From positions 95,170,001 to 95,234,000 of the forward strand of contig NC_043006.1 in assembly GCF_006345805.1 (NCBI RefSeq): a stretch of DNA of 64,000 nt, written 5' to 3'. Under the pieces are notes generated by a model that worked only from the letters and a program-made list of their open reading frames with translations, made no database searches and had not been told where the DNA came from. The translations under genes were made by a program, and so were the position numbers. Shown one piece after another: positions 1 through 10,719 of this stretch. This DNA comes from Octopus sinensis (lineage: Eukaryota). Position 1 is the stretch's first letter, and each line of letters opens with the position of its first letter.

Positions 1-142
1 TAGAGTTACGTTGCCAAAAATAAAAACAACGAAGCACGATAAGTCGAAGAATATTATTATTTTTTTTAAATTGGTGATGTAATGTGATAGAGATAATAGT
101 GATTCTTGCCTTTAACCTCAATTTTCGAAAGTACAGGAAGTA

Positions 143-418
143 TTACGGTTTTATTATATGCATGTCCTCAACGAATTCTATTAAATTTACTTGGTGCCAC
201 TGGAAACTGATCGATTTAAGCATACATTCTGAGATCACATTGTACCGTGGTCGACTTTGCTTCTCGTCGCTTCGCTTCGAAGTTGATAAAACAAGTAGCA
301 GTCGGTTGATGCAACGGAAATTGATGGCCTTGTGTCGAAATTTGAAACCGATATACACATTGGGAGAGTGTACACAGTCACATTCAATATAAATATCAAA
401 GTATGACTGACAGAACAT
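143..418 (-). pseudogene. Possible highly decayed GIY-YIG (PLE endonuclease) remnant
   Basis: IYIECDCVHSPNVYIG resembles the Y-x-I-x-C..C...YIG motif and lies next to HHR-bearing pLTRs; the rest of the ORF is poorly conserved. Confidence 0.25.
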
Positions 419-469
419 ACATATGTTATTTATAATGGACGGATAGGTATTTGCATCATGTTTGGTGTT

Positions 470-515
470 ACCACAACGTTTCGGATGATTTACTCTCTTG
501 CTTTCATCAGGTGTT
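470..515 (-). ncRNA. Minimal type I hammerhead motif (family A, stem II decayed)
   Basis: Reverse complement reads cac CTGATGA aagcaagagagtaaatcatcc GAAA CG TT gtg. Confidence 0.6.
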
Positions 516-607
516 CTGGTGAAATTTCGAACCCAATCCTTTATTTGACTAATGGGGTACTCTGTTCTTATAAGTCAAATAAAGAATTGGTTTCGAAATT
601 CCATCAG

Positions 608-646
608 AACACCTGATGAAGGCAGGAGAGTACATCAGCCGAAACG
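608..646 (+). ncRNA. Hammerhead motif truncated at stem III (family A)
   Basis: CTGATGA A GGCAG gagagtacat CAGCC GAAACG, then a junction into the next unit. Confidence 0.6.
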
Positions 647-705
647 GCGAATAAGAACAGAGTACCCCATTAGTCGTAATAAAAAGTTTTGGGTTCAAAA
701 TTCCA

Positions 706-755
706 CCACAACAACTGATGAAGGCTGGAGAGTTCATCAGCCGAAACGTTGTGGT
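706..755 (+). ncRNA. Minimal type I hammerhead motif (family A)
   Basis: CTGATGA A GGCTG gagagttcat CAGCC GAAA CG TT gtggt; perfect 5-bp stem II and palindromic AACGTT stem III; stem I weak in this copy. Confidence 0.7.
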
Positions 756-1679
756 AACAACAAGCAAGTTGAGAACATCAGTTCGTCCATTTTAAATAAT
801 GTACATAATTCCTCAAAAATATGACTGAGGGAATATCCATAAACAGAGTAATTATCTTTACAGAGACAAGAAATGATGCTACCTTCGTAATATTGCAAGT
901 TGATCATCTCCTAATTAAGCAGGTCGTTAATGTCGGACGCTAAAATTATGCTAAGGTATGAAAACATGAGATTAAGTTTGTCGCTAGATATTTTTGACAA
1001 ATATAACTCAGTAACTGCTGGAATTGTTGCTATAAACAGGTGTCAGACAAAATGCTTAGCAGCATTTCTTCCGGATGTTTAAAATTTGTGTTCAAATCCC
1101 ATCGAGGGATTCACCCCTTCGCGTTCGATAATCTTAGTACCAGTGAAATAGTTTGGTCTATAATTGTCATTTTACTTGTAACTGCACCTTTTCTGTTTTA
1201 AAACCCATACAAAATTATTTTTGAGTCGTTTTGGCGGGCTGGAAAGGATTAATTATACTTTAGTTAATTTCAATGGGGAAGAATTGATTCGTAAAACGAG
1301 TAAATGTTAAGACGAGCTCGGACATAGAAAGAATTAAACTCGTACTGCGAGGTATCAATGTACTTGCACTTGGGTCCCCCCACACAAAAAAATTTACATT
1401 GTTTTCAGGTCGAATACTAATCCAGATATTGTGTCGAAATTTGATGCTGGCCATTTACTCTCGTGGTCGTTTCAAATCTTTAATAGCAGGTCATTTGTAC
1501 TATCAGACATAGGGATTTGGAATTCGATTGGTAAAAATGAATGAAAAATTAGCAATAACTATTTTATGATGGGAAGATATCTTAACAAAGCTTTCACTTT
1601 CCTCAAAACAACGGACCATTACACGAGAGCCGCATTATCGGATGCAGTTTTAAGACAAACCTAAAACATACATACATAT

Positions 1680-1865
1680 ACATATGCGTGGTTGAGCGGT
1701 AAGAAGCTTACTTTCCAACCGTATGGTTGCAGGTTCAGTCCCACTATGTGACACACTGGGCATGTGTTTTCTGCTTTAGTCTCGGGCCGTCCAAAGCCTT
1801 GTGAGTGGATTTGGTAGGAGGAAACTGAAAGAAGCATGTCGTATATATAAATATATGTGTGTGTG

Positions 1866-1897
<32 letters not shown>

Positions 1898-2100
1898 CGC
1901 GTGTGTGTGTGTGTATTCTCCCATCACCGCTTAGACAGCCAGTATTGGTGCTTACGTCTCCGGAACTTAGCGGTTCGGCAAAAGTGATCGATAGAATAGG
2001 ATTAGGTTTTATAAAATACGTACTAGTGTCAATTCATTCGGCTAAAACCCTTTAAGGCTGTGCTGCATCATGTCCACAGTCAAATGACCGAATAAAATAA
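1680..2100 (+). mobile_element. tRNA-derived SINE (main family in the window)
   Basis: B-box-like GGTTCAGTCCC, body gtgagtggatttggtag...gaaactgaaagaagc, internal (TG)n and tail aatgac(c/t)gaa, shared with many copies. Confidence 0.85.
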
Positions 2101-2689
2101 AAGTATGTATGTATGCATGTATGTATGTATGTAAGGGGAAACGCGTGTTGCTAGTGATTAGGCGTGTTGCTATAACAATCGTGATGGTTTCGTTTCCCAG
2201 ACCGGATGCACGTTTAGTTCTCAAGCGAAACACTTCATTTCACGTTTCTGCATGTCCCCGAGCGAACCAGCAGGGAATCATGTAGGGCCCCGACTTTAGT
2301 GGACTAAGCCACGCGACCAGGGGGTGAATCCATCCGCCGGGACTGGCTCCATATCCCCGCGATGCACGGATCATAACCTTACATGAACGCCCGGTTTTTT
2401 ACGTGGACGGTGCCAACAGGCACCGGAGGGCGCGCTCTTGCCGGACCCATCTAACCATCCCCAGGTGCGGCTATAATCGGTGTGGTGCAGTGTTGGGCCA
2501 TTGGAAATGGGTCGCCGCATGCCCACACATTAACACCCGTCCACCATGGGCGAGGTGAGGTTCTACCTACGTACATACACGTTCATAATTATTCACATAC
2601 ACATGGTTATACCTGTCAACAGATATGCATGTGTATATAACTAACTAGCTATCTATTTATAGCTTGCACACAAACATTGACATAAAGGT

Positions 2690-2920
2690 GTACGTTTGTG
2701 TCTGTGTGCTCCAGATATGTGTGTGCGCGTGTGCAGAATTGTATGTTTTGTGTGTGTGTTTACATCGGAGCTCGTACTTCACACCGCCTGACAACCGGCT
2801 TTGGCTTGTTTACGTACCCGTAACTAAGCGTTTCGGAAAATAAGAGGCCGATAGAATACATACCATCTTAAAGAAAGTACTAGCAAGGCTACGTTCAGGT
2901 GGCTGAAGCAAGCAAATAAT
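2690..2920 (+). mobile_element. SINE 3' half, decayed
   Basis: gacaaccgg...gtttacgtacccgtaactaagcg..gatagaata matches the 3' half of the main SINE. Confidence 0.65.
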
Positions 2921-3392
2921 TAAAGTTACGTAAAGGAGGGAAATAAAGATGATCAACAATTCATGAATTTCACAGGCGAGAAATATATGTTCGCATCAAT
3001 GGTCGCAGCGTTGAATGAAATAAATTCCTTTCTTCCTCATATGGGGATTCTCCTCAGCTTTTCAAATCAACTAATGTTGATGTCCTCGTACATTCAGGAC
3101 GTAGTATTTCAAATTAAGGAGCTTAGTGCAGATGCTGTACCATTACAAATGAGAGATATCCGAGGTTTGATTATTGAGAGGCGAAAATATTTCGTACTAT
3201 AAGTGGAACGTTTACTTGGATGATCGAAGTACTAGAAACAGCAGTCGAAAATCAGTCCGTTCAGACACTACAGCGATACAAATTTATAAGAAATACCTTG
3301 TTTATTTTGATGTTTTTGATTTATTGTTAGTGTTGCTTAGTATGTTTTGCTAAAATTGCTGTTTCTTTTCAGATATCATCAGAAAAAGATAA

Positions 3393-3657
3393 ATGAAATT
3401 AAAATTCATTAAAATGACAGATCTATCGGACTTTCAAAGAAGTCAAATTGTTGGTGCTCGTATGGCAGGCGCTAGCTTAACGAAAACAGCCGAAATGTTT
3501 GGCGTATCAAGAAGTACTGTCTCGAAAGTAATGTCAGCCTTTGAGAAAGAGGGAAAACCTCGTCATCGAAAGAACAAAACTCCGGAAGAAGACCAAAACT
3601 TTCAGATAGGGACCATCGGGCTTACGCGGACTGTTAGAAAGGATTTACTATGATTCC
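3393..3657 (+). pseudogene. Tc1/mariner transposase N-terminal (paired-like HTH) fragment, frameshifted and truncated
   Basis: MTDLSDFQRSQIVGARMAGASLTKTAEMFGVSRSTVSKVM, continuing after a frameshift as KTSSSKEQNSGRRPKLSDRDHR; no DDE domain follows. Confidence 0.85.
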
Positions 3658-4004
3658 AGTAAGAGAAGCTACTCAGTGTAAACATACTGAAGTCCGATTG
3701 CTTAGAGTGGACTTGAAGGGGCCGAAATTTCATCAAATAATCTCCTTCGGTCGAGGTACACATTTTAATGAACAATTAAGAAAGCGAGAGCTGCCAAATT
3801 TTAATGATCAGGGATTGGTGTCGATGTCAAACGCACAAGGGGATCCGTGTTGCATAAATTTCTTTCTCTGATAAAATTAGGAATAGTATTTTATAGGAGA
3901 ATCAAATCTTTTTGATAGGTGAGTGATAGAAAATTCTATAAACACACAATAGTCTTATTAATGTCAATCATTAATCTTTCATCGTTTATTTTTTTTTATC
4001 ATTG

Positions 4005-4375
4005 GACTGCGATCTTGTTGGATCAACACCATCAATATTTTCCTTAAAGGAATCGACCAAACTACTTGATATATTTTAAGCCTGGTACTTATTCTATCGG
4101 TCTGTTTTGACGAAATACTGAATTATGGGGACAAACCAAACCAACATCGGATTTCAAGGGGTTGGGACGGACAAAGAAAAACACAAATACACACACACAT
4201 GCACATATATGATGGACTTCCATCCAGTTTCCGTCTACCAAATTAACTCACATAGAACTGGGTGACCCGGGGTTATATTAAAAGGGATATGTTCAGGGTA
4301 TCGTATCGTGGGTCTGAAACCGAAATTACGTAGCTGCAAAACCAGTTTCTTGAACCCACAACCATACCTGTTACT
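4005..4375 (-). mobile_element. tRNA-derived SINE, diverged
   Basis: Reverse-complement match to the 9289-9660 copy. Confidence 0.75.
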
Positions 4376-4799
4376 ATTCAGGAAACTTCAGTAAACACCA
4401 GCAGAATAGCACGAAAAGTATTCGGCACAAAAAATGGAGGAAAAGAGCAGTAAAATAACGGAAGAAATACAGGAGAGAAGTAATACAATAAACAAGCTGA
4501 AAGAATACGTTTGGGGACATAATTCACGGAAAACATGCTGAATGTTTATATCGTGTCTCATTCATGCTGATATTTGAAACTCATAAATCATAGATTTAAA
4601 AGGAGACTCTATAACCTTCTGATAACTTCATATTGTTTACGGCAGCAATTTCGCTAGAACCACATCGCCAATTCCTCGCCCAAAACTTGAATCATTGATA
4701 ACCTATCAAAATAACGCTACACATCAAACCAAATGGAGCATGTTTATACGGCACGGAAACACAAAATCGACACACAGACATGCACACAGTCTCCTAGAG

Positions 4800-4962
4800 T
4801 AATGTGTGTGTGTGTGTGTGTAGGTATGTATACACTACATACACATACGTATGTATAAATATATATACATAGGTAATTATACATATACATAGATACATAT
4901 ATATATTTATATATATGCACATACAGACATATATATATATTTATATATATACACATACAGGC

Positions 4963-5009
<47 letters not shown>

Positions 5010-5021
5010 CATATATATACA

Positions 5022-5061
<40 letters not shown>

Positions 5062-5300
5062 TATAGAGAGAGAGAGAGAGAGAGAGAGAGATACATATAT
5101 ACACGCATATATATATACATATATGCATTATGTGCATAAGTGTAAAGAAAATTCTATTTGCCTATATCTACGTATGCATATATATTTACACATATATACA
5201 TATACACATGTACATATTCACAAATGTATGTATGTGTGTGTGAGTGTATATGTGTGAATATATGGAAGTATGTATACACACTCACGTATATATATATATA
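4800..5300. repeat. Compound (TG)/(TA)/(GA) microsatellite tract
   Basis: Seen directly. Confidence 0.95.
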
Positions 5301-5989
5301 AATGCGTGTATATATGTCTTTACATGCCGAAACATATCACATCAGATTTACTGACAATCTCGTACGAATTTTCTCATCACAGCCAGTGGACATTCGTACA
5401 CATCATATAAATATCTTATCACAAGCAACCAGTTATCATTCACAGAAATTCACGGTGAATATTATAAAGAAGCAGAGATCCGCGAGGAAGGCTGGAGGTG
5501 ATGGAATCATAGCGGAGATTGCCAATGAAAGGATACACTATGTCAGTGACAATTGGCTATTTCTTCCACACATAGGATTAACGAATACAAAATGAAATAG
5601 TAATAAATGAAATGAAAAAGTAATATATATATATATATATAAATAAAAGGAGGCATGGCCCCAGCGGTTTCTTGTGTGCTTAAACAAAATACTTAATCCC
5701 ACGTTGCTCTGCTAACACGCCAACGCCTAATCTGTGGTACATGGTGCAACGTTGATTTGATGGAGGGGGTGGGCCACTGTAAGGTACATGCATTTGATCA
5801 CTATAACAGAAAATCATTTCTGCAGGTTCTTTGGCAAAGATTGAATACTCATACTTCGTTTCTCACAAGACAATCCAAAACACACACACACACACACTCA
5901 CACACACACACACACACTCACACACACACACACACACACGCAGACACACACACACACATGTATATATATATATATATATATTTGCTTAG

Positions 5990-6290
5990 GAAAATATGTT
6001 AACTTCATAAAGTGATGGTTACCGCCAAGAAAACAATGGTTTCATACCAAGTATTTTGGGAATATGAAATTTCCTTAAATAACGAATAACATTTTTTCTG
6101 CTGAAATTATGCTCATAAGATATAAATACTAATTGAAAGAACAATGTGTAATTTAAGAATTGGGCACTAATTGAAACGGCTGTAAGAAAAGTTTACCAAA
6201 TTTTTAATAATAAATAAGTAACTTTTAACTATCCATTTTTTTTTCTTTCAATTAACTGAACATGAATTACATATATATATATATATATAT
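5990..6290 (+). mobile_element. pLTR-like element (family J) bounded by (TA)n
   Basis: Contains the HHR-like motif at 6092-6190 and an AT-rich tail ending in (TA)n. Confidence 0.5.
6092..6190 (+). ncRNA. Long-stem-II hammerhead-like motif with one core mismatch
   Basis: tttttt CTGCTGA AATTA..(~68 nt)..TAATT GAAA CGGCTG TA agaaaa; position 6 is C instead of A. Confidence 0.45.
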
Positions 6291-6294
6291 ATGT

Positions 6295-6450
6295 GTGTAA
6301 TTCTCTCCTTGTTTTCTGTGTCCCTTTCTGTAAAAGAGCGTAGGCTCGAAATGTAAATGACTTTTTCTATTCCTGAGCGTTATACTAATACATCTGTTTG
6401 TTTTGTACACCACCTGTCTTCGGCTTTTGTTTTTTTCGTAAGCTCTCCCT
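6295..6450 (+). mobile_element. pLTR-like element (family C) with variant HHR motif at 6324-6360
   Basis: cttt CTGTAAA A GAGC GTAG GCTC GAAA TGTA; homologous to 33800, 48470 and 55750. Confidence 0.7.
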
Positions 6451-6460
6451 ATATATATAT

Positions 6461-6494
<34 letters not shown>

Positions 6495-6509
6495 ATATAT
6501 ATATATATA

Positions 6510-6559
<50 letters not shown>

Positions 6560-7019
6560 CGTGCGCATGAGTACAGCTTTCGGGTATTATATGCTGGCCT
6601 CAATTTCTAAACCAGACAGCGTACTTGAGCAAAACATTAGATTTGACGTTGATTCCCCTTCTACTCGGCTGATCATGAATTCTAGCCAAATGCTTGTACA
6701 TTAGCTCTACCTTCATTTTCATAGGAACACTTTAACGGTTTCTTACTATTAAAATAAGTTGATAGACTGGTTTATAATGTGCTTGTGCCCGCAAGCAACC
6801 ATCGGGCTCTGAAAATGTGGTCTCTTCTCTTCGGAGCAAGAATATATTCGTAGCTCTTATCTTAATACAGTGTACATTAAATAATATTTATCTCTCACAG
6901 GAGGGAGTATATTTTTTTTATCTTATCTTAACCGAGCATTAAACTATACTTCCCCAGCATGGCCACAGCTCGTGAGCTCAAAGTAGATAAAATGAAAAAT
7001 GAAAATACGTACATACGCA

Positions 7020-7160
7020 CACCATCGCTTGACAACCGATGTTGGTGTGTTTATATACCCGTAACTTAGAGGTTCCGCAAAAGGGACGATAGCAAACAAA
7101 ATATTCTGGGGTCGATTTGTTCGACTAAAGGCGGTGCTTCAGCATGGCCGCAGTAAGGCA
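7020..7160 (+). mobile_element. SINE 3' fragment (main family)
   Basis: gcttgacaaccgatgttggtgtg...gtcgatttgttcgactaaaggcggtgc...catggccgcag. Confidence 0.8.
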
Positions 7161-7360
7161 GCGAGCTGGCAGAAACTTTAGCGCGCGGCGTTCAGAGTTC
7201 AAATTCCTCTGAGGTCAACTTTGCCTTTCATCCTTTCGGGTTCGATAAATTAAGTACCAGTTACGCATTGGGGTCGATGTAATCGACTTCATCCCTTTGT
7301 TTGTCCTTGTTTGTCTCTTCTATGTTTAGCCCCTTGTTGGCAATAAAGAAATAAGAAATA
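7160..7360 (+). mobile_element. Second tRNA-derived SINE family with a Meta-SINE-like core
   Basis: gagctggcagaa..agttcaaattc..ctttgcctttcatcctttcggggt(t)cgataaattaagtacc; related copies at 18700, 33165, 49930 and 53715. Confidence 0.75.
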
Positions 7361-7830
7361 AAAAGAGAAAAAGACAAAAGAAGAGAATGAGAGAGAGAGA
7401 GAGAGAGAGAGAGAGGTGCGATTCAGAGAGATTGGGAGAGAGTAAGGAATAAATGAGAAATTCTCATCTAAGACTGAAAGCATTTAGTGCTAATTATTTT
7501 TCATAGTGCAGCCTTAAAGACAAGGAATATTTTCCAGTGTACCGTGCCATAATAGTGAAGAATGTGGAACGAAAATAGACAAATGGTAATCTATTACTGC
7601 TGTCAAGAATATTCCTTGATAAATCTCTGTTAGATGCAACATTGTTGTAATTAAGTTGTTTCTTGGACAGTATGGAAGTAACTCGATTGAAACCAAGCCA
7701 GCGGTCAGTCTTATTAAGTACTAGTTACTTGACCAAAGCCCATGCTTGCACCAATCTACATTAAATACGGTTGAGGTCACTAAAACTGGCATCTTGGTGT
7801 AATTACCAACATATTCACTTGTTCTTTCCA

Positions 7831-7834
<4 letters not shown>

Positions 7835-7907
<73 letters not shown>

Positions 7908-7910
7908 TTA
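7835..7910. repeat. (CTA)n microsatellite
   Basis: Seen directly. Confidence 0.95.
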
Positions 7911-8499
7911 GTGCTGCTGCTGCTGCTACTATACTACTTGTTTTCCTCCTTTTTCTGCCTTAAACATATGTATATGTGAGTCTATATATTTATCACTTGT
8001 GTGTATGTGAATGTATGTATATACAGATACACATACACATGCACACACATACACACACACGCATATATAATTAAAAATTAATGATGTAATAATACATTAC
8101 GGAGGATGTATCATAAACAATTAATAATTATTTATGAATATATCAATGGCTAAACATGTTATCATAAAGCACATAGAAGAATAGTTAAAATTATGAACAA
8201 GTTACAATTATAACAAAGAGGGTTTCAAGAACTTTTACATGTTTAGAAATTGCAGTCAAAGCCCACTATAAAGCCACTATTATCACTCATATTATATCTT
8301 CTCACAATGAATGCAGTCTGCGGGCGATATGACATAAAATCTCTATTGCAATTTCGGAATCTATTAGGGTCTCATTCGTCACCGTAGGTGAATATTACTA
8401 TAGACAGAAATTGATACAATTGGGGCTCACATGTTTCCCGACAGCTGAGAATAATGTGTCAACCTTTATCTACACATTCAAATTCTGAATTCAAACGTC

Positions 8500-8710
8500 A
8501 TGCACGGAATCCAACGTAAAAGAATCCAGAGAAAACACATCAGACAAAAACAATTACGCCTGGCTTCGCTGAGTAAATATCTGGAAATATCCGGAAACAG
8601 CAGATACAAGATCGTTCCCTTCTACAAATGTTCAAGAGATGACCCAGACTACCAGAAAGACAATGACATTGCATTTTATCAACAAAGTCTTACTTAACTA
8701 AACGTTTTTA
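8500..8710 (+). pseudogene. PLE GIY-YIG endonuclease C-terminal remnant
   Basis: KHIRQKQLRLASLSKYLEISGNSRYKIVPFYKCS parallels HRQQLRDPSTRQIPLSGHLDLCAHNKSPKFLVFPLYQCS of the 59379 fragment. Confidence 0.6.
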
Positions 8711-9200
8711 AAAATGTATTTATAAACACACGAGAAATACTAATTAAAAATTTATTCTTCCGGATGAAACAAATCAGATTACCACAGGAACTTATTGATA
8801 CTGTTCTCATTACTGTTACTAAAATAACTGGAAAAATTCCCCCAAGCAACCAACACACAACACCCATACACTTAAACGCGCACAGAGAAACACACGCATA
8901 TTTATAAGTCTTCCAAGGTTACGTGATAAATTCTATTTTCAGCAGCTGAGTAACATGAGAACCGACGAAAAATAGGATGACTAAAAGCAAATTCACCTTT
9001 TGACCTGTGATCAGTTTCAACTATCCCAGAAAAGACCCCATTTTTTCATTCCTTCCTCCTTATTCCTGTCTTGCACCATTTATTTCTGTTCTTCCTTTCT
9101 TTTTTCCCTCCAACCGCGCCTTCTAAAATTACTCCACCTCGCGCGCGTGTTGCTATATTTCAGTATGCTCATTTTCCTTGTGAAATAAACACACGCACTA

Positions 9201-9284
<84 letters not shown>

Positions 9285-9288
9285 CCTT

Positions 9289-9658
9289 CATAGGCGCAGG
9301 AGTGGCTGTGTGGTAAGTAGCTTGCTAACCAACCACACGGTTGCGGGTTCAGTCCCACTGCGTGGCATCTTGGGCAAGTGTCTTCTGCTATAGCCCCGGG
9401 CCGACCAATGCCTTGTGAGTGGATTTGGTAGACGGAAACTGAAAGAAGCCTGTCGTATATATGTATATATATGTATATGTGTGTGTGTTTGTGTGTCTGT
9501 GTTTGTCCCCCTAGCATTGCTTGACAACCGATGCTGGTGTGTTTAGGTCCCCGTCACTTAGCGGTTCGGCAAAAAGAGACCGATAGAATAAGTACTAAAA
9601 GGTGGTGCTCCAGCATGGCCGCAGTCAAATGACTGAAACAAGTAAAAGAGTAAAAGAG

Positions 9659-9660
<2 letters not shown>
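9289..9660 (+). mobile_element. Near full-length tRNA-derived SINE
   Basis: AGGCGCAGGAG, A box TGGCTGTGTGG, B box GGTTCAGTCCC, internal microsatellite and (AGTAAAAG)n tail; flanked by (TA)n. Confidence 0.9.
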
Positions 9661-9701
<41 letters not shown>

Positions 9702-9849
9702 AGACTGGGAGGAAAAAAGAGACGGAACGAAGCGAAAATTCGAACGAACCACGACGCGAAGCGCTGTCAGACAATAGTGTAATAAATAAAATATATGCAT
9801 ACATACAAACATATATGTACGTACCGACATCTACATGTATATATACACG

Positions 9850-10360
9850 TTCTTCTCTCTCTGTGTTATATCATTTTCATATTTTTTCGTTCTTTCGCCT
9901 TGCATCAATATTAATTTTTTTATATGTAAAATGTTGTAGATGTGGAAATGTGTCATTATTCGGGAATATTGTAGTTCATATTACATGATATTTTCTGTTA
10001 TTTTTAAAATGGAAAACATTCTAATTTAATAAAGAATTTATATTAGTTAGAGATGGAGGAAAGTCTTCCCCATTCTACTGTCAATCTTAATGTGTATACA
10101 TACGCATATATATACGTGTGTGTATACAATTTTATTTACATAAATACATATACTTCTGTGTGTATGTGTAAGTGTGTGTATATAATTCAATTCGTCTTTC
10201 TACTTGGTTCTTACAAACCCTTAGCTATAACGTAACAATGGACGTTATGCAATCTGGCGCCATGCAACTCGGTGTTCTTGGATAAATTTTGGAATGTGCT
10301 ATTCTGTATACTTACCATCCACTGAAATAAAACCCCACTAATAAAAGTATATATATGTAT
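9850..10360 (+). repeat. ~510-bp segment, inverted copy of 16813-17320
   Basis: Near-identical in reverse complement, with scattered substitutions. Confidence 0.95.
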
Positions 10361-10440
10361 ATATATATATATATGCATACATATATATATGCATACATAC
10401 ATATATGCATATATATATATATATATGCACAGGGATTGCC

Positions 10441-10719
10441 TGTTTGCACAGGGATTGCCCCTTTACCCATCTCCCGGGGACTCGTCGGACAAATGACATT
10501 ATAAATAAAAATAAAAGCAAAAAAACATACGACTCATATAGAAATAACCACTCATATAAAAATAACCACAACCACAGTCACCTACAGTTCCCTAGACAGG
10601 AAACCACCTCTTCTTCCTCTTTTTTAGCTATAATGAATCTAGAAAAAGAACTGGAAAAAAACATCCGAGCTATCACCCACCACCATCCACCACTATTACC
10701 CCACTGCACATGCCATTAA
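10441..10719 (+). CDS. ORF1 C-terminal remnant of the LINE (end of a CCCH-type zinc finger)
   Basis: CLHRDCPFTHLPGTRR (C-x4-C-x3-H); its stop codon lies 7 nt after the ORF2 ATG (cacATGccatTAA). Confidence 0.6.
   Translation, partial: CLHRDCPFTHLPGTRRTNDIINKNKSKKTYDSYRNNHSYKNNHNHSHLQFPRQETTSSSSFLAIMNLEKELEKNIRAITHHHPPLLPHCTCH

Larger units (their letters stand above)
460..775. mobile_element. PLE-type pLTR cluster (family A): one inverted copy plus two tandem direct copies, ~102-nt unit
   Basis: 460-571 is the reverse complement of the unit repeated at 573-646 and ~650-775; every unit has CTGATGA...GAAACG. Confidence 0.85.

Noticed and set aside
573-775. Short direct repeats as a CRISPR array
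   Set aside because: Only two units, no unique spacers, eukaryotic context; explained as tandem pLTRs.
3897-3918. 22-nt microexon (tttatag|...|gtgagt)
   Set aside because: Too short to distinguish from chance without transcript data.
5302-5595. RKAGGDGIIAEI as a LINE RT fragment
   Set aside because: One short motif without neighbouring RT motifs.
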